64,000 bases of DNA from Patescibacteria group bacterium. GTDB taxonomy: Bacteria > Patescibacteriota > Minisyncoccia > Phycocordibacterales > Phycocordibacteraceae. Positions 61,515-64,000 of this stretch are shown here, one piece after another. Below the pieces are notes generated by a model, which was given only the letters and a program-made list of their open reading frames with translations, did not search any database and had not been told where the DNA came from. Numbering within the stretch: position 1 is the stretch's first letter; each line of letters begins with the position of its first letter. The DNA lies in contig JAZKIU010000001.1 in assembly GCA_040384705.1 (NCBI GenBank), positions 542,053-606,052 on the forward strand, in the 5' to 3' direction. Made by a program: the position numbers and the translations under genes.

Positions 61515-63743
61515 TTAGCCGTTCACCACGCCAAGGGCGCGAGTGACTGCGAGCTTGACGCCCGTGACTCCGGTGGAGTACGTGCCATCGACCGCTGCAG
61601 AGAGCTGTCCGACGACCTTCTCGAGGAAGGATGGGTGGCAATCGTTCGTGAGCGCTGCGATCTCAGGGTGGACCGAGGTACCGTCAACCTTCGAGCGATA
61701 TGCGTCATCGAGGGCGCAGACGGCGTGCGTGAGGAACTCCTCGGCGCTGTCGCCGCGCTTCGTGACGTTACGGATGGAGCCGAATGCTGCATCCTTGTCG
61801 CCCGAGAGAAGCGCTTTGATGAATCCTGGGATATCGTCCGCGAGCATGAAGCTTTCGTTTGAAGGCTGTGCGATTGGCGCAGCTACAGGAGCTGCTACCG
61901 GAACCGATACCTCCTGGACCACATGCGACTGCGCTACCGGAGCGTGCGTCTCACGAGCGAGCCCGGTGACGATGTCGTCGATGGTGAGCGCGCCGTCCTG
62001 TGCGAACGAGCGGAAGCCATCGTATGACGAGTACTTGCTTGCGACCGCGGCAGGCCCGTACGACGGAAGCGTCGCTACGGAATGCGCTATGTGCGCTGCG
62101 GTATCATCATGCTCGTTGATCGACTCCTTAACGCTACCGCCGAATGCCTGCACCTTGCGGAGCACGAATGGCGTTGCGCTGAAGACGAGGAAGTACGCGA
62201 GTACTGCGCTCGTGCCGATAAGGAGGAACCAGTACATCATCGTCTCGAGCGGGCTCATCTCGACGCCCGTATACGGAAGGTCGTTGAGGTACACGAACGA
62301 GAATGGCTGGTCATCGATGGTTGGGAGCGCGTCGAGCGAAGCGCGAGGCTTCTTCTTGGTGCTTCCACCGCCACCGTTATCGTCCTCGACACGAAGGGTG
62401 TCGGAACAGGTGAGGGTCTCGCCGTTGGTGGCCTTGAAGGTTCCCGTGTAGGTGTAGCGGCCTTCGCGCGGGGATACTGAGCGCGAGCCGGATGCACCCA
62501 CCGAGCCGATACCCTCATTGATGGATACCGAGGTGATGTTGGTGCCGCCCCAACGGATGGTCGCGGAATCACCCTCATCTATCTCGCTTGGCGTGACCGA
62601 GAGGAAACAGGCTGGCGCCTCAGGCCCGTCCGAGACCGTTACGGTCGCGGAACACGTTACCGTCTGCCCGTTATTCCCTTCCGCAGTAAGCGTGTAGGTG
62701 GTCGTCTGGTTCGGTGAGACGGAGCGATTGCCTGTTGCGTTGACGCCGCCGATACCCTGATTGATGAAGACGGTGCCGGTCTTGACGCGGCTCGTGCTCC
62801 AGTTGAGGGTCGCGGATCCGCCACGCGTAATGGACGATGGCGAGATAGAGAGCTCGCAGACCGGAGGCTCGGGCTGGTTCGGTGGCACGACCGTGATGGT
62901 CGCGGTACACGTCACCTGGCCGCCGTTCCCTACCGCGGTGAGCGTATAGGTGGTGGTCACGCTCGGCGAAACGATACGGTTACCGTTGAGCTCTACGCCA
63001 TTGATACCCTGGTTGATGGTCACCGTGTGCGCCCGGTTCGTGGTCCACGAGAGGTTCGAGGAACCTCCCTGGTTTATCGAGGTCGGGTTCGCAGTCAACG
63101 TACAGACCGGAGCTACTTCCTGCGGGATGCTGGTGACCGTTACGGTCGCATGGCAGTTCACGGTCTTGCCGTTTCCGGTCGCCGTAAGGGTATACGTCGT
63201 GGTGACGGTCGGGAAAACCGAGAGGTCGGTATTCAGCGGAACGCTGCCGATGCCCTGGTTTAGGGATGCGGAATCTGCGTTACGCGTCGTCCAGGTGAGC
63301 TTCGAAGAGCCGCCAGGCGCTATGGAGGTCGGGGATGCGGAGAGCGTACAGACGGGGCTTGGAACCTCGACCGGCACGCAGTCGCCGTTCCCGTCCTTGG
63401 TCATGCCGCCCGGGACAGAATCCTGGTCGCCTGATAGGTTCGGACACTCATCCGGTGGCGGAGGAGGCAGAACTACGGGAGGAGGAAGGGGTGGTGGGGG
63501 CGGAGGAGGAGGCGGTGGGGGTGGTGGGGGCGGAGGAGGAGGCGGTGGGGGTGGTGGGGGCGGAGGAGGAGCTGGCGGCGCGCAGCATGGGGGACCAACT
63601 ACCTGAGCCTTGATGAGCTCGGGAGCGGTCATACCCATGAAGTGCGCGATGCCCATACCTATCACCAATACGGTAAGTACGGCAAATACACCGAGAAGTA
63701 TCGGTCGTTCTTTCGCGTAGGTCATCTGCTGATTGAAGTTCAT
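61515..63743 (-). CDS. Membrane-anchored surface protein with poly-proline stalk and four Ig/PKD-like repeats
   Basis: N-terminal TM, poly-Pro, four copies of P(V/A)C.L...P.SI..G.S..L.W...NQGIG...TYT...C, and a second TM. Confidence 0.88.
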   Translation of the reverse strand: MNFNQQMTYAKERPILLGVFAVLTVLVIGMGIAHFMGMTAPELIKAQVVGPPCCAPPAPPPPPPPPPPPPPPPPPPPPPPPPPPPLPPPVVLPPPPPDECPNLSGDQDSVPGGMTKDGNGDCVPVEVPSPVCTLSASPTSIAPGGSSKLTWTTRNADSASLNQGIGSVPLNTDLSVFPTVTTTYTLTATGNGKTVNCHATVTVTSIPQEVAPVCTLTANPTSINQGGSSNLSWTTNRAHTVTINQGINGVELNGNRIVSPSVTTTYTLTAVGNGGQVTCTATITVVPPNQPEPPVCELSISPSSITRGGSATLNWSTSRVKTGTVFINQGIGGVNATGNRSVSPNQTTTYTLTAEGNNGQTVTCSATVTVSDGPEAPACFLSVTPSEIDEGDSATIRWGGTNITSVSINEGIGSVGASGSRSVSPREGRYTYTGTFKATNGETLTCSDTLRVEDDNGGGGSTKKKPRASLDALPTIDDQPFSFVYLNDLPYTGVEMSPLETMMYWFLLIGTSAVLAYFLVFSATPFVLRKVQAFGGSVKESINEHDDTAAHIAHSVATLPSYGPAAVASKYSSYDGFRSFAQDGALTIDDIVTGLARETHAPVAQSHVVQEVSVPVAAPVAAPIAQPSNESFMLADDIPGFIKALLSGDKDAAFGSIRNVTKRGDSAEEFLTHAVCALDDAYRSKVDGTSVHPEIAALTNDCHPSFLEKVVGQLSAAVDGTYSTGVTGVKLAVTRALGVVNG
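63491..63570. repeat. 30-bp tandem repeat (about 2.7 copies) encoding poly-proline
   Basis: GTGGTGGGGGCGGAGGAGGAGGCGGTGGGG at 63491 and 63521, partial at 63551. Confidence 0.92.
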
Positions 63744-63810
63744 ATATTTCTGATTAGCACTTGATAAGTTCCTCGTTAATAAATCTTTCGCCCATGCCGC
63801 ATCCGCGGCG

Positions 63811-64000
63811 TACAAAAAGAGTTGGGAGGTGAGTCGTAAGGACGACCCACCGCCGCAACCCGTTGCGATGCCCCTAGTTGGGGCAATCGCCGTTATCCGC
63901 CATCCATAGGCTGTCGGGCACCACGACGTGGTGCCTTCCCTGCCAATCCTGCGGTCGCATGTAGACGCCGCAGGTCTGGGAGCCGTCCGAAGCCTTCAGG
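63811..64000 (-). promoter_or_regulatory. Highly structured region upstream of the surface protein (leader or ncRNA; cut by window edge)
   Basis: Consecutive hairpins CCTGCGG/CCGCAGG, GGCACCAC/GTGGTGCC, TGCCCC/GGGGCA and GGTGGGTCGT/ACGACTCACC, then a T-rich tract. Confidence 0.5.

Overview
This 64-kb window is mostly GC-rich bacterial chromosome read in the standard code (TGA is used as stop). Gene content points to Patescibacteria/CPR, Parcubacteria-like: a short hinge-less SMC, a NusB-Nudix fusion, rpsP-khpA-trmD without rimM, a GtrA/cupin/GH130/HAD cluster and apparently leaderless genes. Core genes include hisS, prmC, a UvrD-nuclease fusion, rpoB, rpoC, dnaG, rpoD, rnr, gdhA, smc, rnc, rpmF, rnhB, dnaE and thrS. 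Many small self-contained promoter-gene-terminator modules lie between them. The most striking unexplained structure is at about 1583-3636. There a 28-bp direct repeat (GCTGGGGGTCTGGGACGATGTTGGAACC) occurs as three near-perfect copies and one partial copy, closed by a tRNA-3'-end-like remnant. The repeats separate four gene-sized cassettes: a structured RNA, a stand-alone RNAP alpha-CTD protein, a repeat protein and DgkA. This resembles an integron-like array that uses neither attC sites nor CRISPR repeats. No recombinase is visible in the window. Also present are an AT-richer restriction-modification island (double-domain MTase plus Zn-finger HNH nuclease) beside an apparently recombined rpoD 3' end, several orphan structured ncRNA candidates, an AOX/PTOX-like oxidase, a cysteine-less DsbA, a DnaE with a degenerate PHP domain, a three-microprotein operon and a poly-proline surface protein. 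All calls come from reading sequence and motifs by eye; no searches were run.
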